Below are positions 9,534 through 19,922 of a stretch of 58,231 nucleotides of DNA, in pieces. Position 1 is the first letter of the stretch. Each line of letters starts with the position of its first letter. This stretch comes from a virus (lineage: Duplodnaviria > Caudoviricetes), in IMG/VR virus record IMGVR_UViG_3300025759_000107, positions 1 to 58,231 of that record; one strand, given 5' to 3'. The position numbers were made by a program, and so were the translations under genes. Below the pieces are notes generated by a model. It was not told the origin of the DNA. It was given only the letters and a program-made list of their open reading frames with translations, and did not search any database.

Positions 9534-12500
9534 ATGGCTTATTCCCCAGTCGATATGAGACCGCCAGTTGGTGCAGAACCGGGCTTACCGTTGACATCTA
9601 TTGTTGATGCAACAGGTACATTTCGAAACACATTCTCTCCTTCACAACCACCTACAACAAACGACTTACTGCTAAACATTTCTCCCCCATCTTTGAACAG
9701 TGAAATGGGTTGGTTGGAGATGTCTCAAATAGAAGGTGTAACAGTAACAGGTTCTCATCATGATGCCTCAGCAACAAGTGTTTCAGTTTCGGGAACAGTC
9801 ATGACTTTCACCGAAGCAGGTAGGTTCGGGGCGCACAGTAGAAGAACTGAAACAGGTAATCAACCTGCTAACCATACTTTTTCTATCAAGAGAGATACAA
9901 CTTCAATCCCTGCCACAGATAATCAGTTGACTCTGGGTAGAACTACAACTAACGGTGCTCCTTTGAATATCGCTCATTACGCAGCAACAGTTGTTCCATC
10001 GAACGGACTTGGGATTTCATTCGGCTCGTTTCACAACACTGCGTATTCAGTCATTGGTTTCGTAGCAGACCGCTCAGATAAATCGGTAAGTGATATGGCT
10101 ATGTTTGATAGAGCCGAAGAGAGTGGACCAACTTCTTCATACTGGGGGATTAACTTGGGTGCAAGACAAACCGTATTGGCTAGTGGTACATCGTTAACAT
10201 CCCCAACAAGCACTGAATCTGCTACTGAAACTTCTAACATTCTGACTAACTATTCGACTATTCAAGTACCGAGAGTTATTGAAGACAGTGATGCTTTACC
10301 ATATTCTATTGGTGCAGTTGAAAGAGGCAATCATGTTGTCGTCGATTCATGCGGTCTTGTTGGCTACGAAGGTGCGTTAGTTGTTACTGCGTTTCATAGT
10401 GTGCCAGAGGATGAAAACGATGAAACATATTCTGGGTTGAATGTTCAAGTTCATTCGGGTCAAACTCTACTAAGAAATGGTAAGTGGTATAACGATTCTA
10501 CCTTAGCCACTGGTTCACGATATAACTACACAGACGGTACGCCTATATTTCCACTACAAGAAGCACTAGGAACTGCTGCTAGACGCTCTGGGAAGTCTGG
10601 AGATACCAATGACAATCAAACTACATTTATGACAGGAAGAAACATTAGAACCGCTCCTAGTACGGCTTTTGGAACTCAAACAATCAGCAGTCGAACATCT
10701 GTTCAATCTAAGGCTAGTGGTAGAATATATGGAGACATAACAGGAACAGGTGCTTGGTCTAAGACAACTGCAATTTCCTCAACCTTCCTTGCTGATAAAG
10801 TTCCGACCCGTGTTAAAGTTGTTCCTTCGATTCTTCGTTATGAAGATGTAACAATCGAGGGGGTTGCATTTCGAAAACCAATTGTTGACTATCATATTCT
10901 AGTATCAGTTGTCAATACCCCGAAAACGGTTAGAGCAAGTGGGACAGTTGACTATACAAGAGGCGCACCAACATTAGCCCAGTCTCACATTCCAGCAAAC
11001 TATTCTGAAGATAGTGTAACAATATATCATGCTATATTCAGACTCGACCCAACACTTACAGGCGTTAAATTAGGAACTACGGCCCAATCAAAACAAGTAA
11101 CACAATCTGCATGGGGGTTACATCAGATGACACCATTCAGACCCTTAGCAAATCCATCATGGGCGAGAATACCAAAGTTATGTGGAACAATAGAGCCGGG
11201 TGGATTCTATCAACAAGGTGGCATTTCACATCTATGGGACGCAGATGCTTACGGTGGAGAGTTGCTTGTAGGGGCAGATGCTATCGACGCATCGGACTTC
11301 AACTCGGCAGTTTGGGGTAACGGCCAAGTATGGGCTGACGGGGGCAGTGGAGCAGCAGGTAATCCTAGAGGCAGCGAACTACTACTATTCAAGTGGACAG
11401 CCAACAATGACGCTCTATACACCGAAGATGCTACCACAGCAACAGACAATCCATTGTATAATCTATTAGTGGGTAAGTCTGAATCTCTCGATGCTAGAAC
11501 TGGCATTTCTATCTCTGAATATATGTATCAATGGACTATCCATGATTGGGTGTTTCCTCAAGTCGAACTAATGAGATACTTAGGTCAAGAGAGAAAAGAC
11601 CGGGCCAAACACCCGGACCACACATCCTACGCAGAATCGTTGCTTCATCCGACAATACATTGTTCGTCATTGCGAATCATGGAAGATGGAAAGATGATGA
11701 TGGCTGCGATTCACCGAGATATGATAAGTAATACTGGGGAATATCCGAGTCCCGACATTAACCCTTGGCCTTGGAATCCCGATGGTTTTTCCAATCCATG
11801 CCCGCCGGGTTTCTATTACGATGATGCTGCTAAAACATGCAACCCGATACAAGATGAACAGAGCGACCCACTTAGCGGCACTGGTGATGCTGTTTTACAG
11901 CATCCAGAGCCAGTGTTGAACTTCGGCAGTACGAACAACTACACTGGAACAAACTTCGGTGCTGTTCCACCTTGGGGGCAGATGGTTGCTAACTCAAGTG
12001 CAAGAAGTCTGATTCTATTATGGTCGGACACCCCTGCAAAGAATGGCAGGGTGCGTGAAGGTAAGGCAATGTTCGACATCAAATATTCAACAGTTGACGG
12101 GGCTAGTAAAGGAACACAAAACTGGATAGAAGATGATACGTGGTGGAGTGGTTCTCGAATTGCTTATTGGTTTCCCGAATCAGCACAAAGGGCGATACCG
12201 ATTACTTACGGCTCATATCCAGAAGGACGTTGTTCTCATGCGGTCTTACCTAAGTGTCTCCCTCACATACTAAGTGATGGTTCTATTTTACATGGTTATC
12301 CTTACAGACAAATGACTGACCGTGTTTCTTATCTTGGGTATGACGACATAACCACAGAGAAAAGTGGAATAGATGCTTGGGCTGTTGATAGATACCAACA
12401 TTTGAGAAAGACTAGGTTCATTCCTACAACCATTGGTTTTGCTGATTTCGGCTCATCTGCGAGTCCATTCTGCGAGTTTGGGTTCAATGGGTGGGCTTTC

Positions 12501-14975
12501 CCTGCGGCTCTGTATAACACACGTTCCTATGACACTACGTCGTATTCAGAGGGCGACACTGACGCACCATTCTCAGACTTACTATCAACAAATGCTGCTA
12601 GAAAATTAGTCGGCCCTCTCGGTGGGTTCTCACATTTCGGCCCTCTTCATTACGGTCTTTCATCTAAAGCACACCCGTACAGAACTGATAGAACTTGGAA
12701 ACAGGTTCACGCTGGTCTAGGCTACGACATTCCTTTACATCTACTTGCACCCGGTCAAGTTCACGTCCGGGCTAGAGCAGGTGGAAAAGGAACTCTTGAT
12801 TTAGAACTTGAAACTCCATTCTCAAGAACGGACACCCTTCACTTAGAAGGTGCGGCAGGTTTGTTATCTGGTTTTGATGCAGCAGGTGATGGTGGGACTA
12901 TCGGTCAATCTTACTTACGCACTAATCTATGGGCTGATACAGCAAGGAGAACAACTAACAGTGGTAATGTTCTTTACAATGATATTCTATTACCAAATGA
13001 GTTAATGGGTGGCCCATTCGTAAGTGGTAATTCTTTATCTGCATTCTGGCTTAATCACCCAACAGACCACTTCCACGCAGGGGCTATCCCTGTTATGACA
13101 GGCAGTGATTACGACTGGGATAAAGTCTACACTGCCGGTTATCCACATGTAACATTGGCTAGAGCACAGGAACTTAGTAAGAAGGACTGGGTTGCTGTAT
13201 CTGAACAATTGAAATCATCAGTCGAGGTACACGTATCTAATCACGTAAGACCATATTGGGATAGTGGTAGTATAGTCAATGCAACAGGAATAATATCCTC
13301 ACAGGGTAATGTTACTGCGAATAGAAAAGAAATGAATGACAGTGCGAGTGCTACCGGAGCAACTGACGGCTATCTTGGCAAGGGTCAAAGAATATTGAGA
13401 ACACCCGATGGGACATTGCATCAATTTACAATTGCTCCATCGACTAAGGCAAGCCGAGGGAATCAACCTACGTACGTACATTACACCAAACCACCGGGTT
13501 CAGATTTATTCTGGAATCGACACGCCGAACAACTTGGTGCAACAACAACTGGTCTTGATGAAGTCCTACTTATTTCAGAGATAGGTAGTTCTGCGCTTGA
13601 CACTAATGATAAGATATACGGAGCAGCATTCGCCTCAGACAGTCTAGGAACAATACACGCTGTTATCGAAGTAGCAAGGGATGATTCTGCTAGTATAACA
13701 GGCGCACCGATACGCAGACTCTTCTATACATATGCAACTAGAAACATAGTCGCATCTTCACCGGACCACGTGTATAAGTGGGACTGGACGACTGTTACAC
13801 CAATCAACATCTCAGCAACTAACAATCCATACACCACTGGAGATAACATGATGCAACCGACTTTAGTATGCGACTCTAAGGACAGGCTTCACTTGTCTGC
13901 GGTTCATTACCGGGAGAGTGCCTCAGAATATTCAGTCGTCTATTCAATCAAAGAACCGAATGCAAGTTGGGTTGCACTTCCGAGCGGTAGTCCAACAACT
14001 TGGGATGATGGAAGATGGGTTTCAGTTGACAACACGACATCAGGTAGAATAGACTCACCTAAGTTGGCTCTTAGGGGCGACGACATTCCTTTCATCTTCT
14101 TTAGAAAAGATAACAACACTGCGAATGCTAAAGTGTATGCTTGTCAAGGCGACTTAGGCTCTGGCACAGTGCATACTTTCGGAAGTCCACTTTACTTACA
14201 TGAAAATGATGCTGATGTATGCGACTGGTATGATGCAATCATAAACGAAGAAGATAGGATATATGTAGTCTGTAGGTTAAGTAAAGTCGATGACATTGCT
14301 GCTAACGATGTAATGATAACTGCCATGAATGCTAGAGACGTATTGTCATCAACAACAAAGACTGTAAAACATATTTTTCATCCAATCTCCGGCGACCCAT
14401 TCGATATATCCGACATGACAATGACAACTAATGGAAATGGGAATATTCACATCGTCGTTAGATGGCGTAGTAACCTACAATATACAACAGTGCCTACTCC
14501 AGAAGTTGACGGTGCTGCACCGCTTAGTTGGCCCGCAGTAGTTGACTCATCACCTATGACTATTGCAGGTACATCCGGTGTATGGACACAACGCTCACAC
14601 TTCATGGAGATATGGCTTCCTTCTTTCGAGTTTGATGCTGCTACTGCTGATGAGAATGTTATCCGTTCTATGAATGTTCGTTGGCTATCTGTTCCATCAG
14701 TAAAGACTGACGGGACTGAATGGACTATACTAGGTGCGGCTGAAACTCTTGCAGGTAGTGAGGATTTCACTCACGATGCACCACAGTTACGTTACCAAAG
14801 ATTCTGGGGACATAATGCGGCAGACCTAGACTTGGCTTGGACGACTAACCCATTGGCTTGGTACAGAACTCCACATGCAGGGTCGTCTTTGTACTGGCCT
14901 TGGAGTGGGGCTTTGATAACCCGCATAGGCGACCAAGATGCTGTGAGTGGTACTACTAACCGTCATGGGTTTTAG
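9534..14975 (+). CDS. Giant tail/adhesin-like structural protein
   Basis: 1813 aa in the tail operon; C-terminal part has beta-propeller-like blades (DGTLHQF, DSLGTIHAV, DSKDRLHL, NGNGNIHIV). Confidence 0.6.
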   Translation: MAYSPVDMRPPVGAEPGLPLTSIVDATGTFRNTFSPSQPPTTNDLLLNISPPSLNSEMGWLEMSQIEGVTVTGSHHDASATSVSVSGTVMTFTEAGRFGAHSRRTETGNQPANHTFSIKRDTTSIPATDNQLTLGRTTTNGAPLNIAHYAATVVPSNGLGISFGSFHNTAYSVIGFVADRSDKSVSDMAMFDRAEESGPTSSYWGINLGARQTVLASGTSLTSPTSTESATETSNILTNYSTIQVPRVIEDSDALPYSIGAVERGNHVVVDSCGLVGYEGALVVTAFHSVPEDENDETYSGLNVQVHSGQTLLRNGKWYNDSTLATGSRYNYTDGTPIFPLQEALGTAARRSGKSGDTNDNQTTFMTGRNIRTAPSTAFGTQTISSRTSVQSKASGRIYGDITGTGAWSKTTAISSTFLADKVPTRVKVVPSILRYEDVTIEGVAFRKPIVDYHILVSVVNTPKTVRASGTVDYTRGAPTLAQSHIPANYSEDSVTIYHAIFRLDPTLTGVKLGTTAQSKQVTQSAWGLHQMTPFRPLANPSWARIPKLCGTIEPGGFYQQGGISHLWDADAYGGELLVGADAIDASDFNSAVWGNGQVWADGGSGAAGNPRGSELLLFKWTANNDALYTEDATTATDNPLYNLLVGKSESLDARTGISISEYMYQWTIHDWVFPQVELMRYLGQERKDRAKHPDHTSYAESLLHPTIHCSSLRIMEDGKMMMAAIHRDMISNTGEYPSPDINPWPWNPDGFSNPCPPGFYYDDAAKTCNPIQDEQSDPLSGTGDAVLQHPEPVLNFGSTNNYTGTNFGAVPPWGQMVANSSARSLILLWSDTPAKNGRVREGKAMFDIKYSTVDGASKGTQNWIEDDTWWSGSRIAYWFPESAQRAIPITYGSYPEGRCSHAVLPKCLPHILSDGSILHGYPYRQMTDRVSYLGYDDITTEKSGIDAWAVDRYQHLRKTRFIPTTIGFADFGSSASPFCEFGFNGWAFPAALYNTRSYDTTSYSEGDTDAPFSDLLSTNAARKLVGPLGGFSHFGPLHYGLSSKAHPYRTDRTWKQVHAGLGYDIPLHLLAPGQVHVRARAGGKGTLDLELETPFSRTDTLHLEGAAGLLSGFDAAGDGGTIGQSYLRTNLWADTARRTTNSGNVLYNDILLPNELMGGPFVSGNSLSAFWLNHPTDHFHAGAIPVMTGSDYDWDKVYTAGYPHVTLARAQELSKKDWVAVSEQLKSSVEVHVSNHVRPYWDSGSIVNATGIISSQGNVTANRKEMNDSASATGATDGYLGKGQRILRTPDGTLHQFTIAPSTKASRGNQPTYVHYTKPPGSDLFWNRHAEQLGATTTGLDEVLLISEIGSSALDTNDKIYGAAFASDSLGTIHAVIEVARDDSASITGAPIRRLFYTYATRNIVASSPDHVYKWDWTTVTPINISATNNPYTTGDNMMQPTLVCDSKDRLHLSAVHYRESASEYSVVYSIKEPNASWVALPSGSPTTWDDGRWVSVDNTTSGRIDSPKLALRGDDIPFIFFRKDNNTANAKVYACQGDLGSGTVHTFGSPLYLHENDADVCDWYDAIINEEDRIYVVCRLSKVDDIAANDVMITAMNARDVLSSTTKTVKHIFHPISGDPFDISDMTMTTNGNGNIHIVVRWRSNLQYTTVPTPEVDGAAPLSWPAVVDSSPMTIAGTSGVWTQRSHFMEIWLPSFEFDAATADENVIRSMNVRWLSVPSVKTDGTEWTILGAAETLAGSEDFTHDAPQLRYQRFWGHNAADLDLAWTTNPLAWYRTPHAGSSLYWPWSGALITRIGDQDAVSGTTNRHGF

Positions 14976-15002
14976 GCTTGTGAAAGTGTAGAACAGTTAT
15001 CC

Positions 15003-15031
15003 TTATATACCAATGCACACTCCGATAGAAC
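15003..15031 (+). promoter_or_regulatory. Archaeal TATA promoter, CTCCG-n-TAGA class, leaderless
   Basis: TTATATAC...CTCCGATAGAAC-ATG, TATA 29 nt before ATG; same layout at 19479, 28668 and 50084. Confidence 0.7.
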
Positions 15032-15493
15032 ATGGAAGCAAGAGAATACTGGCAGACACGAAGAGAAGGAAAGAAAGAAGAAGGCGAGACGTACGCTGAG
15101 TACATCGTTAGAGAGTTAAATATCTCATTAGAGCATTTTGGCCGCTCTGAAAGAGCCGAAGTTAGAGACGACCATGTTTACTTCTGCGGTATGACTGTCT
15201 TAGAACACTGGGCTGACTGGTGCGACGACCGCCCTGCATCTTGGGTATGTTCCGACCACACTAACCCTAATGAAACTGTTATCTGGAATCACCGCGACCA
15301 CGAAGGTGAAAAATGGTCTGGTAGTTTCAACGTATGGCATCAGTTCGTAGTATCAACACTCTGCCACATCGAAGGCTGTGGTTGGACTGCTGACTATCGA
15401 GACGAGGACGCTTGGGTGTTCGACCCTATCGCTAACCCACCGTATGAAGGCCACACAATAAGCGTGCAAGAATTGGCTTCACTTATGGCTTAG
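15032..15493 (+). CDS. Hypothetical protein (stand-alone gene with own promoter)
   Basis: 153 aa, W/H/C/acidic-rich; converges on the groEL stop. Confidence 0.75.
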   Translation: MEAREYWQTRREGKKEEGETYAEYIVRELNISLEHFGRSERAEVRDDHVYFCGMTVLEHWADWCDDRPASWVCSDHTNPNETVIWNHRDHEGEKWSGSFNVWHQFVVSTLCHIEGCGWTADYRDEDAWVFDPIANPPYEGHTISVQELASLMA

Positions 15494-17064
15494 ACTTCTG
15501 CGACAAGCACTTCGGTTGTTAGGACTAACCCTGCAATCGAAGCGGCTGTCTCCAGTGAGTTTTTGACAACCTTGGCAGGGTCAATAACACCCTGTTCAAT
15601 AAGGTCTCCAAACTCCAAAGTCTTGGCGTTTAGACCGTAGTTAGAGTCATTCATTTCTATGACCTGCTCTAGTGCCTCTGAACCATCAACCCCTGCGTTA
15701 AAACACAACTGATGAAACGGCTCTGCTAGTGCATCATGTACCATCATCATACCTAGCCATTCGTCGCCTTCATGGTCGTCTGAGGCATCTAGTATCTCAT
15801 CTCTAGCACGTAGATACATGATAGAGCCACCTACTACTATCCCCTCTTGTAAAGCGGCTCTAGTAGCGTTCAATGAATCATCTACACGTGCGATTCTTTC
15901 TTTCATCTCTGCCTCGGTCTTACCACCGATGTGTAATACTGCAACACCGCCGGAAATCTTACCTGCTCTTGCTCTCAATGCCTCTGCTTCCCAATCAGTT
16001 TCAGCGTCTTTCGATTGAGCGATAAGTGCTTCTTGTCTTTTCCGAATATCACTCTCTGTACCACGACCACCAACTATTGTTGTTTTCTTCATCGAACATG
16101 AGATTGAAGACGCACCACCTAAAGATTCTATTCCGTTCCTTTGAGTTGACATTCCCTTACTGGAGAAAATCGGAACTGCTCCTACAACCGTAGCAATATC
16201 GGTGAGTATTTCTTCACGTGAATTACCAAATGAAGGTGCTTCTACTGCTGCGACTTCTAAGATACCACGTGAAGCATTAAGGGCGAGCGTAGCCAAAGCC
16301 TCACCTTCCATCTTGGTAGCGATAATCAAAAGTGGTCTTTTCATCTCTACTGCATAATTTAGAACATCAACAATTTCTTGAGCGGTTCGAATAGTTTCAT
16401 CAGTTACTAAAATCAAAGGCTTCTTCATCGTCGTTTGTTGTTTTTCCGAGTCGGTAATAAAATGTGAACTAAGTAGCCCCTTAGTAAACTCAAGTCCGTC
16501 AACAATTTCTAGCGTCGTATCGAGACCATTCGATTCTTCAATCGAGACAATCCCATCTCTTCCTACTGTTTGGAATGCTTGTGAAATCAGAGAACCAATT
16601 GCTTCATCATTATTGGCTGCTATTGTTGCTACATGAATCAAAGACGTGTCGTCAACATCGGAAGCCGCATCTTCGATTGACTTAACTGCTATCTCAACTG
16701 CCTTATCGAATCCTTTCTTAATGTGTATTGGATTGCGACCTGTTTTCATTTCAACTAATCCTTTATTGCATAATGATTGAGTTAGGATAGAGGCGGTAGT
16801 TGTTCCATCCCCTGCATTATCTTGAGCCTTACTCGCTGCTTCTTGAATAAGACGTACACCTAGATTCGCATATGGGTCTTCTTTCATATCAATGTCTTTA
16901 GCAATAGTAACACCATCATTAATTACAACAGGTGAGCCATATTGTCTTTCTAGTATTACAGTTCTAGCAGCAGGTCCTAATGTTGGCTTAACTGAATTGG
17001 CAACTTCATTTATTCCTCTCATTAATGCTTCTCTTGCTTCTTCACCATATATTGACTTCTTCAT
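15490..17064 (-). CDS. groEL: Group I chaperonin GroEL (Cpn60)
   Basis: TLGP, INDGVTIAK, AGDGTTTA, ATIAANND, APSFG, LNATRAA.QEG.V.GG, GVIDPAKVV motifs; 524 aa, no GGM tail. Confidence 0.97.
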   Translation of the reverse strand: MKKSIYGEEAREALMRGINEVANSVKPTLGPAARTVILERQYGSPVVINDGVTIAKDIDMKEDPYANLGVRLIQEAASKAQDNAGDGTTTASILTQSLCNKGLVEMKTGRNPIHIKKGFDKAVEIAVKSIEDAASDVDDTSLIHVATIAANNDEAIGSLISQAFQTVGRDGIVSIEESNGLDTTLEIVDGLEFTKGLLSSHFITDSEKQQTTMKKPLILVTDETIRTAQEIVDVLNYAVEMKRPLLIIATKMEGEALATLALNASRGILEVAAVEAPSFGNSREEILTDIATVVGAVPIFSSKGMSTQRNGIESLGGASSISCSMKKTTIVGGRGTESDIRKRQEALIAQSKDAETDWEAEALRARAGKISGGVAVLHIGGKTEAEMKERIARVDDSLNATRAALQEGIVVGGSIMYLRARDEILDASDDHEGDEWLGMMMVHDALAEPFHQLCFNAGVDGSEALEQVIEMNDSNYGLNAKTLEFGDLIEQGVIDPAKVVKNSLETAASIAGLVLTTEVLVAEV

Positions 17065-17327
17065 TCAATCACCCCTATTATATTCATTATTTTAACCATC
17101 AAGCAAATATTTCCATTCCACTGTAGTGAAGTCCCACAGTCTTTTTCTATCAAAACAACATCTCCTTTTTTGTATTCACTTTCTTTACTAAAAGGAGTAA
17201 TTTCTTCTATTACTCCAAAGCCATACGACGCTGCTTCGTCTTGTATAACTATTCCACTTGTTGTTGTTTGTTCGGGCATCCAACGCTTAACTAGAGCATA
17301 TCCTTTTGTCGGTGTTAAAACTCTCAC
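17061..17327 (-). CDS. groES: Co-chaperonin GroES (Cpn10)
   Basis: From GTG at 17327: VRVLTPTKGYALVKR...EQTTTSGIVI...KKGDVVL...IIGVIE (88 aa); overlaps the groEL start; minus-strand TTAATATT about 30 nt upstream. Confidence 0.85.
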   Translation of the reverse strand: MRVLTPTKGYALVKRWMPEQTTTSGIVIQDEAASYGFGVIEEITPFSKESEYKKGDVVLIEKDCGTSLQWNGNICLMVKIMNIIGVIE

Positions 17328-17394
17328 AGACGGTTCGAGTCCTAAGTGTAATATTAAGCATACGGTAAATAACTTTAGTTTGCCCTGTATAAAC

Positions 17395-19206
17395 ATGGAT
17401 GATGAGGCCGAGCGGTATGTTCGCATCGTTAGAGACCCTATTGACGATGAGTTTGTCATTACTCCGCCGGATAATCTCAAAGATTTCGTTGAGGAATTAG
17501 GGCAAGACCCACGAAGACCGAGGACGGCGATTGCTCGATTCGTTTCTCGAACATGGGCTGAAGTTCAGTGGTTGAATTACAGAGCAAGAGATACGGTAGC
17601 GGAACACGCTATGACCGTCAATGATAAAGAAGATATTAACAGACCCGCTCATTATCCAGCAGACTTCGGTCTCGGTTTAATCCCACATCCAAATACGATG
17701 ACTGCTCTTTCAAATCAATGGACGACGGGTGGACCAACAACTTACTGTTATACTAATCTTGCATCACCAAAACCATTCGACCCTCATCTTCACAACGGCT
17801 ACACCGGGGCAACTGACGGCTTCGGTTATCTCTACGCATCTGCGTCGTTATTCCCAGACCAATACGATTTGACAAGCAGACGTGGCGGTGGACCACGTGG
17901 CGGTTTTGCATTTACAACAGGACCGACCGAAGGCAACTATCCAACATCAGTTTTACCAAACCCAACATTCAATCTAGGAAAATTGGGTTACAGTAACGGC
18001 GGTTGGAATCCAGAAGGTCTACAATGGATGAATAGACCGAGACAATTTCAATTAGGTAATCTAAGAAACAACTGGCCTCACAAGGTTTACTTCGTTAGGT
18101 CAAGGCAAGTTTTGGGACGAACAATATACGGGCAGATAGCAGAAGATGAGGCAACGCCAAAGACACCTGTTGTATTAGTTAATGGAATTAGACCCTTACA
18201 TGGTGTCAAGTCAATTTCTTCAAAAGATGACTTGAACACACCACGACAAATTACAATCAACATATCATCCGTTGCGGGTCGAAGGAGCGGCATAGCAGAA
18301 GTTGGAGAAACGATTCAAGTTTACTTAGCACCACGAATGTGGTCTAATCCACCATTGATATTCACAGGCTATGTAGCAGGGATTGAAGAAACATCTGATA
18401 GTATTCGATTGACTTGTCTTGATGCACTGGGTTTCTTGACGAATGAATATATCACCGAACAACCTGCACATGCAAATGGAAACATTGCTACTATAATTAA
18501 AAGTATAATCGCCAATTCCAGTTACAACCCACCTATCGCCCGCATCATCTCTGACTTTCAATTTACTTTACCAACTGGTTTGAAGTTCAAGGGTAAGACG
18601 AGATTAGCAGCGATTCAAACTCTGCTGAGTTTTGTGAACTCTGGACCGATACAATATCAAATCTACGCAGACGCTTATGGTTACATTCACGTCGCCCAGA
18701 AAAAAGAACTTCACGATTCTAACTTCACCCCTTACACAGCGGGTCGTGTTCCAAAGACTACTGTTCCTCTCGACTTTTATCCAACTATGATTGAGAGAGT
18801 TACAAACGATGATGACTTCTTCAACAAAGTTACTGTTGAAAATGAAGAATTAGACATTAGTGCGACTGTCTCATTGACAAGTGAAAGACCTGTTCATCGG
18901 TACATCAAAGATACTAGCGTTACCACAGTTGCACACGCTGAAACTCTTGGTAGGCAAATACTGATGAGACAAGGAATTGCGTACAGTCAATGGATAGTAG
19001 AAGGTCTTCCAGAACGATTTGATTTGAGAGCGGGAGATATAATGGACTTCGCATCAATTGACGGTAGTCTAGCGGGTAGACAAGAATTATTTTCAATCGC
19101 TTGGGAGTTTTCAACTGACGACTCTAGTATGACATTAACAGTCGGAAAACAACCATCAGACATAGCGGCAACCATGAGGATGGCCGCCGGATTAAGTGTT
19201 CAGTAG
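17395..19206 (+). CDS. Tail hub/baseplate protein (late control D/Tal-like)
   Basis: Likely start MDDEAERY at 17395; C-terminal half has IFTGYVAGIEE...LTCLDALGFL, IYADAYG, NKVTV, LRAGD, typical of hub proteins. Confidence 0.7.
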   Translation: MDDEAERYVRIVRDPIDDEFVITPPDNLKDFVEELGQDPRRPRTAIARFVSRTWAEVQWLNYRARDTVAEHAMTVNDKEDINRPAHYPADFGLGLIPHPNTMTALSNQWTTGGPTTYCYTNLASPKPFDPHLHNGYTGATDGFGYLYASASLFPDQYDLTSRRGGGPRGGFAFTTGPTEGNYPTSVLPNPTFNLGKLGYSNGGWNPEGLQWMNRPRQFQLGNLRNNWPHKVYFVRSRQVLGRTIYGQIAEDEATPKTPVVLVNGIRPLHGVKSISSKDDLNTPRQITINISSVAGRRSGIAEVGETIQVYLAPRMWSNPPLIFTGYVAGIEETSDSIRLTCLDALGFLTNEYITEQPAHANGNIATIIKSIIANSSYNPPIARIISDFQFTLPTGLKFKGKTRLAAIQTLLSFVNSGPIQYQIYADAYGYIHVAQKKELHDSNFTPYTAGRVPKTTVPLDFYPTMIERVTNDDDFFNKVTVENEELDISATVSLTSERPVHRYIKDTSVTTVAHAETLGRQILMRQGIAYSQWIVEGLPERFDLRAGDIMDFASIDGSLAGRQELFSIAWEFSTDDSSMTLTVGKQPSDIAATMRMAAGLSVQ

Positions 19207-19297
19207 GTCTTGGTCTGGTGTATTCATAGAGGTCGCCGCACCAGTCGTTCTCTGTATTGCGGGTAGTATATTTACCTATAAAGGTTTGCATGTATAT

Positions 19298-19452
19298 AGT
19301 GTAATCATCCTATGTGGAACAAAAGGGGTCATCATTAGAAGTGTTTCCCCGTAGGGGGAAACCCTTCTACAAGAATTAATATAATTCCAATACCCCTTAC
19401 AGGCACACACATACAAGGGTAGTGTATGTGTAACATCACTAGGGGAACACTC
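19298..19452. repeat. Non-coding palindromic element A (inverted homolog of element B at 51381-51548)
   Basis: AGTGTAATCATCCTATGTGG (19298-19317) matches the reverse complement of 51529-51548 at 19/20; followed by TAGGGGGAAA, AATTAAT and CCCCTT-GCACACAC...GTGT blocks in the same order as in B. Confidence 0.75.
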
Positions 19453-19507
19453 ATCATTAAATCCCTATAGGCATAATGTTATATACCCACACCCCTTCCC
19501 GTATAAC

Positions 19508-19891
19508 ATGAGCAACCGAATAACAGAACTAATAACACAAATCAGAGAACTACCGGACAGGCCAACTTTAGAACCCGGAGACTGCTACATGCAAAGGTAC
19601 GGAACAACTTCGGTCCGTGTATGGTCTTACAGAGTTCGACCATTGACATCAGTTGGAATCCCACGAAACTTAATCACATCGAGAGTTTCATATCACAGGG
19701 TCAACCAAGGCAGAAGCCGTTTCCCCGACACTATTTACGACTTAGAAGTTGAAGTACCTCATAACACATCAGCAGACGGTCGAGACTGTGTATGTGGTTG
19801 TAATGAATTAACAAATGAGTTGTATGCTGAGTTGGCGAATGAGGGCTTCAATGTCTACTGGGGCGGCAGAACCCACTGGTTAGACAGGTGA
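19508..19891 (+). CDS. Hypothetical protein (stand-alone gene with own promoter)
   Basis: 127 aa; TTATATACC at 19479, 29 nt before ATG. Confidence 0.75.
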   Translation: MSNRITELITQIRELPDRPTLEPGDCYMQRYGTTSVRVWSYRVRPLTSVGIPRNLITSRVSYHRVNQGRSRFPDTIYDLEVEVPHNTSADGRDCVCGCNELTNELYAELANEGFNVYWGGRTHWLDR

Positions 19892-19922
19892 ATTAATAAT
19901 GGTGGGGTTGCACCCCCTATTT

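Noticed and set aside
17170-17394. Track N-terminal extension of the 678-aa hub ORF (and of groES to 17480)
   Set aside because: These are mutual antisense overlaps; TATA spacing supports starts at 17395 (+) and 17327 (-)
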